From Chiloscyllium plagiosum (lineage: Eukaryota), in NCBI RefSeq assembly GCF_004010195.1, contig NC_057738.1, forward strand, positions 35,074,233-35,138,232: 64,000 bases of DNA, in the 5' to 3' direction. A program made the translations under genes and the position numbers. This document shows positions 24,615 to 36,819 of the stretch, one piece after another (the stretch's first letter is position 1; the number at the start of each line of letters is the position of its first letter). Under the pieces are notes generated by a model. It was not told where the DNA came from. It ran no database searches and saw only the letters and a list, made by a program, of their open reading frames with translations.

Positions 24615-25240
24615 TACTCACTGTTGGGATGTGGGCTTCGTTGGCTGGGTCACCATTTATTGCCCATCCCCATTGGCACCTGCTAACTGTCTTCTTGAAG
24701 CATGTGGTGTTGTAGGGACACCCACAGTGCAGGTGGGGAGGGAGTTCCAGGATTTTGACCCTGAAGGAACGATGATATATTTCCAAGCCAGGATAGAAAC
24801 ATAGAAGATAGGAACAGCAGGAGAAGGCCATTCGGCCCTTCGAGCCTGCTCCACCATTCATCACGATCATGGCTGATCGTCCAACTCAAAAGCCTAATTT
24901 TGCTTTATCTCCATAACCTTTGATCCCATTCACCCCAAATGCTATAATTAACCACCTCTAGAATGCATTCAATGTTTTGGCATCAACCATTGTACTTCCT
25001 GTGGTAATGAATTCCACAGACTCACCACTCTTTGGGTGAAGGAATGTCTCCTCATCTCTGTCCTCTGTGGTCCTCCCTGAATCCTCAGCCTGTGACCCCT
25101 GGGTCTGGACACACCCATCATCAGGAACATCATCCCTGCATAAGTCTAGTTTGGAGGGGATGGTGTTCCCACGTATTCTACTGCCCTTGTCTTTCTAGAT
25201 GGTCGAAGGTGTTGTCAAAGAAGCCTTGGTGAATCAGTGC
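24615..25240 (-). mobile_element. LINE Y (CR1/L2-group) 3' end with a nested HER1/CR1 fragment at about 24794-25140
   Basis: gggatgtgggcttcgttggctgggtcaccatttattgcccatccc tail; SKSWNSLP motif; resumes after the nested CR1 at ggtgttccca. Confidence 0.8.
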
Positions 25241-27105
25241 GGGTGGTGAGATCTGAGCCTTCCCACTGCACTTACATCATGCCAGAGTCAAATTGGGTAC
25301 TGCAGATAGCAATGATGGGATTGGTTAAAATCTGAAGACTAAAACCCCCTTTTTTATTGACTAGTGAAAATGTTCATATTGTAGATTGGCACCAAATTCC
25401 TTAAATAAACTGACAAACAATGCTGACCACTGCATCAACATCCTAAACCAGATGGCCCTCAACTTCCCCTAAAGCTCAGTGAAGCAACTGATGAGGCAGA
25501 GGAACTGCAGATTTCCTGCCCATCAGAAATCCACACGCAAAAAAAAATCTGTAACCTGACTCCCTTATTTTGAAGTGCTGTTCTTCGGTTTTTGAGGTGA
25601 TAGTGTTCTGGCCAGCCCCTTGTGCGGTTGGTTCATGGGGCCTTGCAGTGTCATTGTTGGGGAGGGGGAGCACATACAAGAGTTAGGACTTAATACCATT
25701 ACTGCTCAGGTACCTGCTGTCAGCTCTGACAGGAATGTCAGTGAACGTGAAGCCTTTTATGCCTGTTACTTGCAAAGTGCTCTTCTGGAGAAGGGATTGC
25801 TGTATCTGTAGCAGCCTGAGCAGCTTGTGTTGCCCCAGGTACAGTATGTAGACAGATCTGTGAGCCTAATCCTGCTTTCTCCCCATAACCTTTGATCCCA
25901 TTCCCCCAAGTGCTATATCTAGCCGCCATCTTCCAATCTGTGGCACTATTTTAATGTCCCTTCCCTTTCCTCAAACTCCCCCTACTCCATTTCCCTAATA
26001 AAGACCAGAAATGGTTCTGTGATTCACAAATGTCCGTGAGCATTTGCTGAATAAATATCTGCACTAAATTTTAAAGTAGTTGTTCTGCCTGAAATTGTGG
26101 CCTGAAATGTGAAATGAAACCAATCAGGTGTCGCGTGCGTGGAAGGAGTTTTGAGCGTGTGTGTGTGTGTGCCCGCTCTTGTTTTTTTTTCTCTTTTAAG
26201 CGCAGGGTTTTGGAAGAGGATTTGTGTGTTTTCGAAACCTTCAGTGGCTTATTTTTGGATGGCTGTGCAGGATTTCCTTGACAAATGAGCTGCAGGAGTG
26301 CGAGATGCTGGATCGTATCCTGTTGAGTTCAGGGGTCACTCTGCCAAAACTTTCTGACTTTGTCGGCAGACCACCTGTACCATATTGGCGAAGTCAGGAG
26401 GAGACAAATATTGCCCCTTTCTCCCCTTTTTCCATTGCGTTCTGTTTTAATTCCCATGACTGTTGCTGCAAAGGGATCCTTAATGGAAGACGGTGGCCAC
26501 TTTAATTAATAGCTTTATTTGTGACGTTGGTCTGCTGCATTAAGCACTAAATCCTGGACTATGCCGTCGCAAGGAACAGGGAGCTGTCTCCTTTGAACTG
26601 GTTGTGCAAGTCCGTAGCTCGAATTCTGTGGAAAGTCCTGAGCACTGAGGCTGTCTGGTGTGTGGGAGAGGACTGGTTAATTCGCCATCAGCAACCCCCC
26701 CCCCCCCCATGATGGTGGTCACCCTTTTTCTCAACCTGTTCAAGGACCCCAGAGAAGAGGCAGCATTCCCATCCCTTTCCTCTCTCTGTGTGCTGAGCCC
26801 TGTTGACCCCACAGTGGCACCCCGAAAATTGTGGGATGCAGGAGGGAGATTGATAGCCCAGTGAGTCCACCATCTAAAGAGCCAGAAGAGAACTTTAAGT
26901 TGCCTAACTCTGGAATTCCCAACTCCCAGCTCTCAACATCTGTGGGGATTGAAGTCCAGGAATTAAACACACAACGCTGGAGAAACTCAGCAGGTCTGAT
27001 AGCATCTGTGGATGGAGAAGCAGGTCACGTTCTTTTTAATATAAATATCTATATACATACATAGTTACTAAAGTAGTTGATTCTTTAAAGGAGCATATGA
27101 AGAAA

Positions 27106-27244
27106 GTGTGGTGCTGCAAAAGCATATCAGAATTTCTGATGAAGAGCTTATGCCCAAAACATTGATTCTCCTGACCTTCTGCGCTTTTCCAGCACCACAC
27201 TCTCGACTCTGATCTCCAGCACCTGCAATGCTCACGTTCTCCTT
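27106..27244 (+). mobile_element. Family A element (short left arm)
   Basis: Perfect 13-bp TSD gcatatgaagaaa at 27093-27105 and 27245-27257; degenerate core ctgatgaagagcttatgcccaaaacatt. Confidence 0.85.
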
Positions 27245-27367
27245 GCATATGAAGAAACAAACAAACAAAAATTGGAGTTTGACTCTATCCAGCAAACAAA
27301 TACAAGGCATTTGTTACTAATACAAGACTATATTTATATAGCAGGAGTGTCTGATAACTGAACGGAC

Positions 27368-27460
27368 TCCCCTGAAGAAGAGTTACATCTGAAACGTTGA
27401 CTTCTCCACCTCCTGATGCTGCCTGGCTTGCTGTGTTCTTCCAGCCTCCTGCCTATCTAC
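27368..27460 (+). mobile_element. Family A/C-related variant with hammerhead-like core
   Basis: CTGAAGAagagttacatctGAAACGTT (27372-27398) then gatgctgcctggcttgctgtgttcttccagcc; relatives at 36730-36812 (-) and 47170-47232. Confidence 0.7.
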
Positions 27461-27502
27461 ACTATTAAACGTTTGGCAGAAAGAGCTCAGACAGTGGTCT
27501 TT

Positions 27503-27702
27503 CAGAAGTCACGTGACAGCAGGTTATAATCCAAAGGTTTATTTGAAAATCACACAGAGCGCAGATGTGCTTCTGTGAGCACCTGACGAAGGAGCAGCGC
27601 TCCGAAAGCTCGTGTGATTTCAAATTAACTTGTTGGACAATAACCTGTTGTCATGTGACTTCTGACTTTGTCCACCCCAGTCCAACACCGGCACCTCCAC
27701 AT
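27503..27702 (+). mobile_element. Family B fold-back element with intact hammerhead core
   Basis: cac-CTGACGA-aGGAGC-agc-GCTCC-GAAAGCTC-gtg at 27580-27614; arms cagaagtcac..acagcaggttat / ataacctgttgtcatgtgacttctg. Confidence 0.85.
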
Positions 27703-28014
27703 TGTAGTCTTGCCCCACTGAGCTTGACGGTAGCTGCCCCAAGCTTTGGTGTGTGTCTCAGCGAGTAGTCCTGGACCTTGGGATGTGCCAGTCTGCAATA
27801 CTCCGCCAAGGTCAACTCCTCGCAGTTAACATTTTGAGTCCAATATGACTCTTCCTCATAAGAAATGTTTGGAGAGAAATGAGCCAGGAGCAGGCAGGTG
27901 GGACTAGTTTAGTTTGGGATTATGTCAACATGGACTGGTTGGACCGAAGGGTCTGTTTCCGTGCTGTATGACACTATGATTCTATAAAGAAGTCTTGGTG
28001 CACTTGTACAGGGT

Positions 28015-28344
28015 TTAGATTAGATTAGATTAGATTAGATTACTTACAGTGTGGAAACAGGCCCTTCGGCCCAACAAGTCCACACCGACCCGCCGAAGCG
28101 CAACCCACCCATACCCCTACATTTACCCCTTATTACCTAACACTAAGGGCAATTTAGCATGGCCAATTCACCTAACCTGCACATCTTTGGACTGTGGGAG
28201 GAAACCGGAGCACCCGGAGGAAACCCACGCAGACACGGGGAGAACGTGCAAACTCCACACAGTCAGTCGCCTGAGTCGGGAATTGAACCCGGGTCTCTGG
28301 CGCTGTGAGGCAGCAGTGCTAACCACTGTGCCACCGTGCCGCCC
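28015..28344 (-). mobile_element. Full-length, young HE1 SINE
   Basis: Head gggcggcacggtggcacagtggttag, B-box ggttcaattcc, (tctaa)5 tail, CpGs retained; ggtttaga repeated at 28012-28019 and 28347-28354. Confidence 0.96.
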
Positions 28345-28369
28345 ACGGTTTAGAGTTGCTGTGTGAAAC

Positions 28370-28850
28370 ATCCACATTTAAGAAAGGATATACTGGAGAT
28401 AGTACAACAAAGATCAGTCCCTAGGACAGGGTTGAGTAAATTGGCTCAATATTCTGTGGTGTTTCAAAGAGTGAGAGGCGATTTCAGTGAAATGTACAAG
28501 ACTCTGTAATTTAAATTCCCTGATCTGCAGAAACAGCATCAAGGTAAGGGGTTGATGATTTAGCACTGAGCTGAGAATTATTTCACTCAAAACGGTTGTG
28601 AATCTGAGAAGAGCAAGATTTAAAAGGGACCTTTTCACGCAGAGGATGGTTTGCATGAGGAATTCACTGTCAAAGGGGAATGGTGGGCACATGTAGTGTT
28701 ACAATATTCAAAAGACATTTGGACAGGTACGTGAATAAGAAAGGTTTAGAGGAGTATGGGCCAAACACGGGTAAGTGAGACGAGTTTACTTTGAGATGAT
28801 GGTCAATATGGACCAGTTAGATTAAAGGGTCTGTTTCCGTGCTGTATGAC
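28370..28850 (+). mobile_element. HER1/CR1 LINE 3' fragments
   Basis: agaaaggatatactggag, gaggcgattt, ttttcacgcagagg and the tail gggtctgtttccgtgctgtatgac; a similar tail lies at 27862-27984. Confidence 0.75.
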
Positions 28851-29026
28851 TTCATCTATTTAAGATTGGAATAGGCAGAGTTTTGTTATGACGTTAGGAC
28901 ACAGTGGCATGTAATGGCTGTCAGGAAATGTTTATGTTCCTCATGATACTCTGACTTGTTGTAGTGGGGAATTTGTTAGCAGAGATGTCATTCATCCCAC
29001 ATTGCTACACTTGTCATTTTATAATT

Positions 29027-29344
29027 TTAGATTAGATTAGATTCCCTACAGTGTGGAAACAGGCCCTTGGCCCAACCAGTCCACACCGACCCTCCGAAGA
29101 GCAATCCACCCAGACCCATTTCCCCTCTGACTAATGCACCTAGCACTATGGGCAATTTAGCATGGCCAATTTACCCTGACCTGCACATCTTTGGATTGTG
29201 GGAGGAAACCACCCGGAGGAAACCCACACAGACATGGGGAGAATGTGCAAACTCCACACAGACAGTCGCCCCAAGGCTGGAGTCGAACCTGGGGCCCTGG
29301 TGCTGTGAGGCAGCAGTGCTAACCACTGAGCCACCGTGCCACCC
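29027..29344 (-). mobile_element. HE1 SINE
   Basis: Reverse HE1 with (ttaga)n tail. Confidence 0.93.
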
Positions 29345-29419
29345 CTGTTGGAACTTGGGCATCTGGAGATAGCTAGCTATAAGCATAGCATTACCCTTTT
29401 AACTTCTAGTTTTATTTAT

Positions 29420-30020
29420 TGGTGGGTTTCACTGGCTGGGCCCAGTATTTATTGCTGGTCCCTGATTGCCCTGGAGAAGGTGGTGGTGAGCTGCCTTCTT
29501 GAACCGCTATAGTCCACCTGGGTTTGGAAGGTGCTGTCTAAGGAGGCTTTGGTGAGTTTCTGCAAGGCATCTTGTAGATGGTACACACTGCTGCGACTTA
29601 GCGTTGGTGGTGGACAGAGTGCCAGTCAAGTGAGCTGCTTTGACCTGGAAGTTGTCGAGCTTCTTGTGTATTCCTGGAGCAGCACCCATTCTGGGCAAGT
29701 GGGAAGTATTCCATTACACTCCTGCCTTGTGCCTTGTATATGATGGAACAGGCCTTGGGGAGTCAGGAGGTGAGTTACTTGCTGTAGTACTCCCTAGCTC
29801 TGTTCTGATATTGTATTGTGGAAATAGGCCATTCAGCCCTACAAGTCCACACCGACCTTCGGAAGAGTAACCCACCCAGACCCATTCCCCTACAACTCTA
29901 CATTACCCCAAACTAATGCACCCAACCTACATATATGGTGATTCCAGTTGAATTTCTGGTTAATGATGACCCCAAGATGTTGATAATGGGGGATTATGTG
30001 ATGGTGGCACCATTGAACGT
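29420..30020 (-). mobile_element. LINE Y 3' fragment with nested HE1 3' fragment (about 29815-29930)
   Basis: Reverse ORF MGAAP..HKKLDNFQ.KAAHL.G...LLRQHLPNP. Confidence 0.8.
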
Positions 30021-30808
30021 TTGATGATCTTGTCTAATAAAGGCCTTAACCTTACACAGTAGCTTTGATCAGTGGTTTACCTCCGCTGTTGCTGTTGGCT
30101 GTAGTCAGAACGTGATAATTAGGTCTCAGAGCCACCAAATTACAGGTAGGAATGTCGACCTGGGGTTATCCTCCTGTTCACTATCCACTGAATCGAGCAT
30201 TGTGTTTCAGAGGCCTGAGGAGGAATTGATCTGTTTAACAGTGCCAGCCCCTCCAATTGTATCGGCTCACGCATGATAAAGAGGGACAGGCAGGGAGCTG
30301 AGTAAATGCATTTTGGATTAATGATGCTGGAAGAGCACAGCAGTTCAGGCAGCACAATTCTACAACAGTTGAAGTCTTCAAAGGTGTAGGGACAGGAATT
30401 GGTGTGGGATGTTCTGGAGAATCTTAGTGGCCAAAAAGTGATGCATTCTTTTCTGAAACTGGGGGGCGTGAGGGGAAACTTTAATGGGAGCAATCCGTCC
30501 TCTATAATCCAAATGCTATAGTAACTGGCTTTTGGGTGAAGTTTACAGGAAATCCTTCAGCACCCCTCAAAAGTTTGGATTTTAACTTTCCAGTTAACTG
30601 TTTTCCATTTTTTCATTGTCCATGGTCAGCAGTGTCGAATCCTGTCTCTTTTGCACAAGTTTTATCTTTTTTTCTAAAACATATAATTTCTGTGTAAGCT
30701 TCCCTTTTTTTTAAATCAACAACAGCGTACATTTGTACAGCACTATTTAGTGCAATGAAACATTCCCAAGCACTTCATGGGTATGAAAGGGGACTCCAGT
30801 TGATATAA

Positions 30809-31010
30809 GTCAAAGACTGTAATGCTGGAAAAGCACAGCAGGTTAGTCAGCATCTGAGGAGCAAGAGAGTTGATGTTTCGGGCATAAGCCCTTCATCAGG
30901 AATGCCCGAAACGTCGACTCTCCTCCTCGAATGCTGCCTGACCTGCTGTGTTTTTCCAGCACCACGCTCTCGACATTGATCTCCAGCATCTGCAGTGCTC
31001 ACTTTCTTCC
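30809..31010 (+). mobile_element. Family A fold-back element inserted in an L2-type 3' end (about 30717-31170)
   Basis: Minus-strand core CTGATGA-aGGGC-ttat-GCCC-GAAACATC at 30872-30899; tccagttgat(a/g)taa at 30795-30808 and 31008-31021. Confidence 0.87.
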
Positions 31011-31731
31011 AGTTGATGTAATATTGGGTCAGAGGGGCATAGGAGGAGGTTTTAAGAGAGTGTCTTAGATTTAGGAAGAAGGTGAGACTGGAAGATGGAA
31101 AGTTCTAGGGTCTTGGCAGCTGAAGTCACAACCGGCAGTGGTAGAGGGATTATAGGCAGGACAGCTTAAGGGGTCAGTGCACATGTTTGTTTGTTTGCCT
31201 GTTTCCAGTTTTAATCAGGTTTAAGCCTTGTTCCCACTTCCCAAACCAACTGCCCTCCTATTAATTGTCTCACGTGTACTGATTTTGTGTTTCTGTCTCC
31301 CACTCTCTCAACCATTTTTCCATATCCTGTTCAATTCCAATTGCTACTCCACTTCTATTGCTGTTAATGCATTGCCTTTGCTCTATTGCTATTGCTCTGT
31401 TGCTGTTGCTGTTACTCCAGCTCCTTTGCTTCTAGGTTCCCCTTGACTGTCCGTGCGGTATTTCCCTATTATCACACAGTGTTTCAGCTATTCTTGTTGG
31501 AGTTTACTCCCAGTGACTAGCCCTGGATGTTTTAAATGCTGAAATGCTTCAGACTGTATTTCTGTGTCACACCCGTCCTTTAATGAAATATTATGAGTAA
31601 ACCATCTCTTACACTGAAACTCGTGTCATCACTTCGAGTGAGCCATCTCTCCAGAGCCGAGACCTGGAAAGTGTTGAACCTTTTGTCAGGCAGACTGGGT
31701 TTCTGTTAGGATGGCTGCAACTGTGTCCTAT

Positions 31732-31832
31732 CATAGAATCCCTACAGTGCAGTTGGAGGCCATCTGGCCCATCGAGTCTGTGCTGACCCTCTGAAGAGCA
31801 TTCACCCAGTGCCGCCCCATTCCTGTAACCCC
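31732..31832 (-). mobile_element. HE1 3' tail fragment
   Basis: catagaatccctacagtg..gaccctctgaagagcat. Confidence 0.7.
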
Positions 31833-32783
31833 ACCTCCCGAGTAATATCTTTTAAAAGCGTTTTCGCTCTGGCACCTTGTAAGATCTACTCTGACTATGT
31901 CGTGTGGTGTGTTGTTGTGAACAGTCCCTACACAGATGTGTTTGCGACAGATTTGTTGATCTTCCCCACTGACCTGATCATAGTTTGAATCGCTGCATAA
32001 TGCTGGTGGGCATTTCAGGGGACTGACAAAGGACAGGCACTGAGGAGGTTGTCAAGGTAACCCCTAGCTCCTCACCTAGCAGAATTCCCATTTATCCAAG
32101 TGCACTTCTGGAAAATCCTGGCTTTGGCAATGGGGCCTTACCTCAGTGCCTGAGGTTAGGTCGGAGTAAGGCGTAGGAACAGTAGTAGGTCACCCAACCC
32201 CTCTGACCTGTTCGGGGAGATCATTGCCAATCCCATCGAGGCTTTGAATTTGCTTTTGTGCTGCCCCTCTCTAACTGTTGATGCCCTGTCCATGTGAACA
32301 TAGGAAATCAGAGGCAGACTGTAATCATTCAGGCAGACCAACTGGAAAGGAGCATTGTTCATTATTGAACGATAAAGTAGAGCCACTACATGTGGTGTAC
32401 ATCCCAGACCAGGACAGACAGTTCTGTAGACCCATCCTTGGGCCCTCAAAGCTGCTTGACCTGCTGTGCTTTTCCAGCCTTACGTCTGTTGACTCTGACC
32501 TCCAGCATCTGCAGTCCTTACTGTCTTCTGCAAGGGCTCAGGTGATGAGTTCCAGCCTTTGCCTGTCACCATGGGAACTCATATGCAATGAACTCCAGAA
32601 GGAGATTAATTAGTGATTAATTAGTAGGGGGTTATCTTGCTGTCCATTAAGTACTTGAGCCGGCTCCACCATTCAATAAGATCTGATCCAATCTGTTTGT
32701 GTAATAAAATTCCACTTCCCCACTTACCTTGATTACTATTGATTCTAACAGAAGTCTACCTCCCTCCGTCTTAAAAATATTAA

Positions 32784-32984
32784 GTTAAAAAATGACACAA
32801 CACCAGATTATAGTCCAACAGATCTATTTGGAAGCACTAGCTTTTGGAGCGCTGTTCCTTCATCAGGTAGTTGATGAAGGAGCAGTGTTCCGAAAGCTAG
32901 TGCTTCCAAATACATGGACTATAACCTGATGTTGTGTGATTTTTAACTTTGTCCAACTCTAGTCCAACACCGGCATCTCCACAT
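32784..32984 (+). mobile_element. Family B fold-back element inside a minus-strand CR1 fragment (about 32650-33050)
   Basis: About 80-bp arms around ttcatcaggtagttgatgaa; hammerhead-like cores on both strands with single changes; flanks ttaaaaatattaag / ttaaaaaattaag. Confidence 0.87.
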
Positions 32985-33439
32985 TATTAAAAAATTAAGC
33001 AGTCCTGTCTGCGCACTGCCTTTTGAGGCAGAGAGTTACATAGGCACAAACCCCCCCCCCAGGACAGGACCTTGGTGTGGGCTGACATCCCTTCCACATT
33101 AAATCTCTCTTGCCCTCCCCCAGATCAGAAAGTAAATAGATTTTGGGGGGAGGGGGAAGAGGGAGAAAAGATGTGGAAGAACTAAAGGAAACCTTGGTGG
33201 AAGGCAGGAGAGATTAAATAACTAAAGATTTCATGGTACAAAATGCAAAGGGAATGGTAAAAGACAAAAGATAAGGCCAGGTGAGGTGTGAATGCTGGAT
33301 GGCAGCTCTCCGACTACAGCATGAAGAGCTAAGAAAAAAACCATCTTGATTCTTGTGCTGTGAATGGTGTTGGTCAGTCCACATTTATTATCAATTCGGA
33401 GTGGCACGGAGGGTAGTGCTCGATTTCCTTCAACCTGGG

Positions 33440-33800
33440 AATTCTGAGGTGAGTAACTCCCCTCCTGACTCCCCAAAGCCAGTCCACCATCTACAAGTCA
33501 GGAGTGTGAAGGAATACTCTCCACCTGCCTGGATGGGTACAGCTCCCACAGCAATCTGCAAACTCCACGCAGCCCAAGACACAGCAGCATGTTTGATAGG
33601 CACCCCATCCACCACCTTCAATATCCACTCCCTGATGCGCGGTGTCATCTACAAGATACACAGCAGCAAACCTGCAAAGACTGGCATGACAGCACCTTTT
33701 AAATTTGTAGTCTCTACCACTCAGGGGCACCATATGGGGACACCCTCACCTTCTCTCCCCAACCTGACCACCAAACCACAAACTATCCTAACGTCCATAT
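33440..33800 (+). mobile_element. LINE Y ORF2 C-terminal fragment
   Basis: QVRSVKEYSPPAWMGTAPT...KLHAAQDTAACLIGTPSTTFNIHSL...IYKIHSS. Confidence 0.8.
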
Positions 33801-33824
33801 CCATTTTGCTGTTTGGAGGGGGTT

Positions 33825-34210
33825 TGTTAGATTTGATACCTGAAATGTGTGGATTCTCTTATGAGGCAGAGTTGGACAGACTGGGCTGGTGTCCATTGGA
33901 GTTTACAAGAGTGAGGGATGATTTGACTGAACTGTGCAGAATCCTGAACGGTCTTGACAAGGTGGATGTGGAAAGGACATTTCCTCTTGTGGGTCAGTCT
34001 GAAACTAAGGGGCAGAGTTTTAAAATTATAGGCTACCCCTTTCATGATCGAGATGAGAATTTCTCTCTGAGGGTTGCGTGCCTTTGGAACACTGTCTGTC
34101 TCAGGAGATGGTTGGGGTGGAAGGTGGGGGGAGGTGGTTTTATTTTTGAAGACTAAGCTAACTGGGCGCTTGTTAGACTGGGGATTGTCAGGAATAGGTA
34201 GGAGCGTGGA
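33825..34210 (+). mobile_element. HER1/CR1 LINE 3' fragment
   Basis: FSYEAELDRLG..PLEF.RVRDDL.E..RILNGLDKVDVER.FPLVG.SETKG. Confidence 0.85.
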
Positions 34211-34559
34211 ATTTAAAATGAAAACAGACTAATGGTGTTCTTCCTGAACTGAATTGAATTAACTTTATTGTCACATGTACTGACATGAGCACTGTGAAAA
34301 GTTTACCAGTCACCACTTAAGGCACTGTCTTAGGTACAAAAGTACTTGGGTGCAAATTCTTAAGTACAAATTCTCAGGAAAAAAATTAGAAGAATAAAGA
34401 AATAAAAAGTCCAGCCTTCCATGATAATATAAAGGGGGGGAAAGTGAGAATTTGAGATGTCATTGGCCACAAGCGACAATCTTTCTTTGTATCTGCGATA
34501 TGATTTCTGGTCACTGCAGGCCTCATTAATGTGCGCTCTGCTGGGAGGTCTTCATCAGC

Positions 34560-34910
34560 CCAGTGTTGAGGACAGTCACATCCCGCTGTGGCCCTGGATC
34601 AAAGCTGGGATGGAGCCAAGTGGCTGAGCTGGACCCCAAGCTGAGGGTCATTGGTGATTGGGCAGTGTTGGATGGTGGTGTGGTTAACGTCTTTGCTGGA
34701 TGAACGGTAATAAGCCAGTAGCTCCCTCATTGCCTGTTAGCTTTATCCTGCTTTTTATAGACAGGACATACATGGCCAATTTTCAACATTGTTGGGTAGG
34801 TGCCAGGCTCCTAGTTGTACTGGAATAGATTGACCAGGGGAGTGACTCATTTTTAACTTGAGCTTTCCAACGGACTGATTGCCAGTGCCCGCAGTCCCTG
34901 CTGTGTTGAG
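34560..34910 (-). mobile_element. LINE RT N-terminal fragment (CR1/L2 group, probably LINE Y)
   Basis: Reverse frame PLVNLFQY..PGTYPTMLKIGHVCPVYKKQDKAN matches the W(K).A.V.P..KK.D motif of LINE RTs. Confidence 0.7.
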
Positions 34911-34984
34911 AGAGCACGTGTGTTTCTTCACATCACATTGAGTGACCCTGAATTAGTCAGGGCCGGAATCTGCCATGTTGGGAG

Positions 34985-35390
34985 CACAAGAAATAGGAGT
35001 GGCAGGAGACCATTCGGCCTATCAAAGCATGCTGCAACATTCTGCACAATCGTGGCTGATCTTGGATACATTCCCACCCACAACCTCGCTTCTCTGAGAC
35101 ATCAACAATCTCTCTGTCCCAGTTTTAAATGTGTTTAACGATGAATTATCCACAACCCTCCACAGTGCTGAATTCCAACAATTTGCAATCCTCTGAGAGA
35201 CGTAATTTCGCTTCACCTCTCTCCTCGATGTTTGGCCCCTCAATCTTGAGCCCACATGGCGCACACAGCTAATGGGGAAGTCACCTCTCAGCCAGGCTCC
35301 TTCAGACTCTCGTATGTTTCAACCAGACCCCCTCCCATCCTTCGAAGCGCAAGAGGAAATCGACCCAAATTTCTTCAACCTTGTAGGATG
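34985..35390 (-). mobile_element. HER1/CR1 LINE 3' fragment
   Basis: EVKRNYVSQRIANCWNS....VV..SSLNTFK; CR1 UTR. Confidence 0.75.
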
Positions 35391-36819
35391 ACTGTCTCCT
35401 TCCAGGGCAGCAATTCTGTGGAGTGCTTTCAGTTCGTTTTAATCAACTTGTTCAGGTGTGTCTGGAATTGGTGGAGCTTGAACCCAAGCCTCCTGGCCCA
35501 GAGGTAGGGACAATACTATTGTATCAAAGAAGCCCCTTTTGATTTCAAGTTAACCTATTGTAACACATGTCTGGAACGTGGGATTTGAACCCAGGACTCC
35601 TGGCTCCAAGGTAAGAGCGCTACCACTGCACCGCATCCAATGAAGTTATACCCAAATGTGAGTGAGGACGCATATTTGGTCTGTGGAATCATGCTACTGT
35701 TGTTGGTTTTGAGGACTGCCTCTCCCGATCTGTTGTTGTTGACGATATGTTGCCATAGTATGGATTTGTGTCCCACTCAGTCCCACTGCTGCTACTGAGA
35801 GATGGGGATTTGTAAACGCTGCGCTCTCTTTGGACTTCCTGCTGAGGGAAGTGAGGACCAGCTAAAACTGAGAACAACTGCACCAGGAATGAAAGAAGGG
35901 AGAGACGAGGTGGAGGGACCAATTGACTACATAGAGTCTAAGGGAACAAGTGTAAATAATACTACTTAATCGCCAACTCAGCTGGAGGTGAGGCATCACG
36001 AGCAACGTTTCTGGCTTTCCAGTGCGGTCGGGGTTATTTGAAATAGAAACTCGACGAGGAAGTGAGTTGACACTAAGCTCCTTGTCTTTCTCTGTCATCA
36101 CCCCAGCAGTGTTTCACCAGCAACTGAAACCCGAGGTGCTGAGCTCCAGCACTCGCCCTGAAGCTGCATTTCAGGTTTTTCTGCCCGGACAAAAGGCTTT
36201 GTTTCTCTCAGAGGTGAACTAAAGCAACAACCCAGCTTTTATTTTCTCCCCTCGGCAACTCTTGGCTCGGAGACCTGCTGCGTCGCCGCCGCCGATTGGC
36301 AGCTTGGGAATGCTGGGTAACGAGTTATTACGGCAAACAGACAGCACCTCTCACCTCCTTCAATAAAAATTACCCAGCACAAAGTACACTGAGCTCTGTG
36401 TTGCAACACTGCCGTCCACATCAGTGTTTCTTTTCAGTTCTGTTGCAGGTAAATGAAGAATAAAGTCTCCCTAGCAATGCGTTGCTGTGTCAGAAGACCA
36501 CTCTGTGTGCCAATCACCACGCATTGTCTCAGAGTGCTTATCATTTGCATACCTACCTCTCTATTCACAAACTGTCTTCCCAAAGGACTTTTGCAATCAT
36601 CAAAAGGAGGAATTTTCATGCTAATTGTCAAAACATTAGGACCAGCAGTCATCATTTAAACATGGTTCCTGTAGTTGAGGGAGTGATTGGTTTATTCACT
36701 CATGGAACGCCATGTTACTAGCTGACAAGCAGGTGGCTGGGAGAACACAGCAAGTCAGGCAACATCAGGAGATGGAGACGTCAACCTTTCAGGTGTAACC
36801 CTTCCTCAGGACTTCAGGT

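Noticed and set aside
25864-25930. Apparent duplication of 24893-24960
   Set aside because: Both are CR1 3' region sequence, which is explained by independent copies of a common repeat.
26815-26860. 46-nt AG..GTGAGT exon-like segment
   Set aside because: Frame-shifting length and no recognisable peptide.
28270-28344. tRNA genes (also 35455-35635 and 50813-50890)
   Set aside because: A/B boxes belong to SINE heads; no full cloverleaf or separate terminator is evident.
33353-34156. 267-aa ORF
   Set aside because: Chance read-through of two adjacent LINE fragments (LINE Y then CR1).
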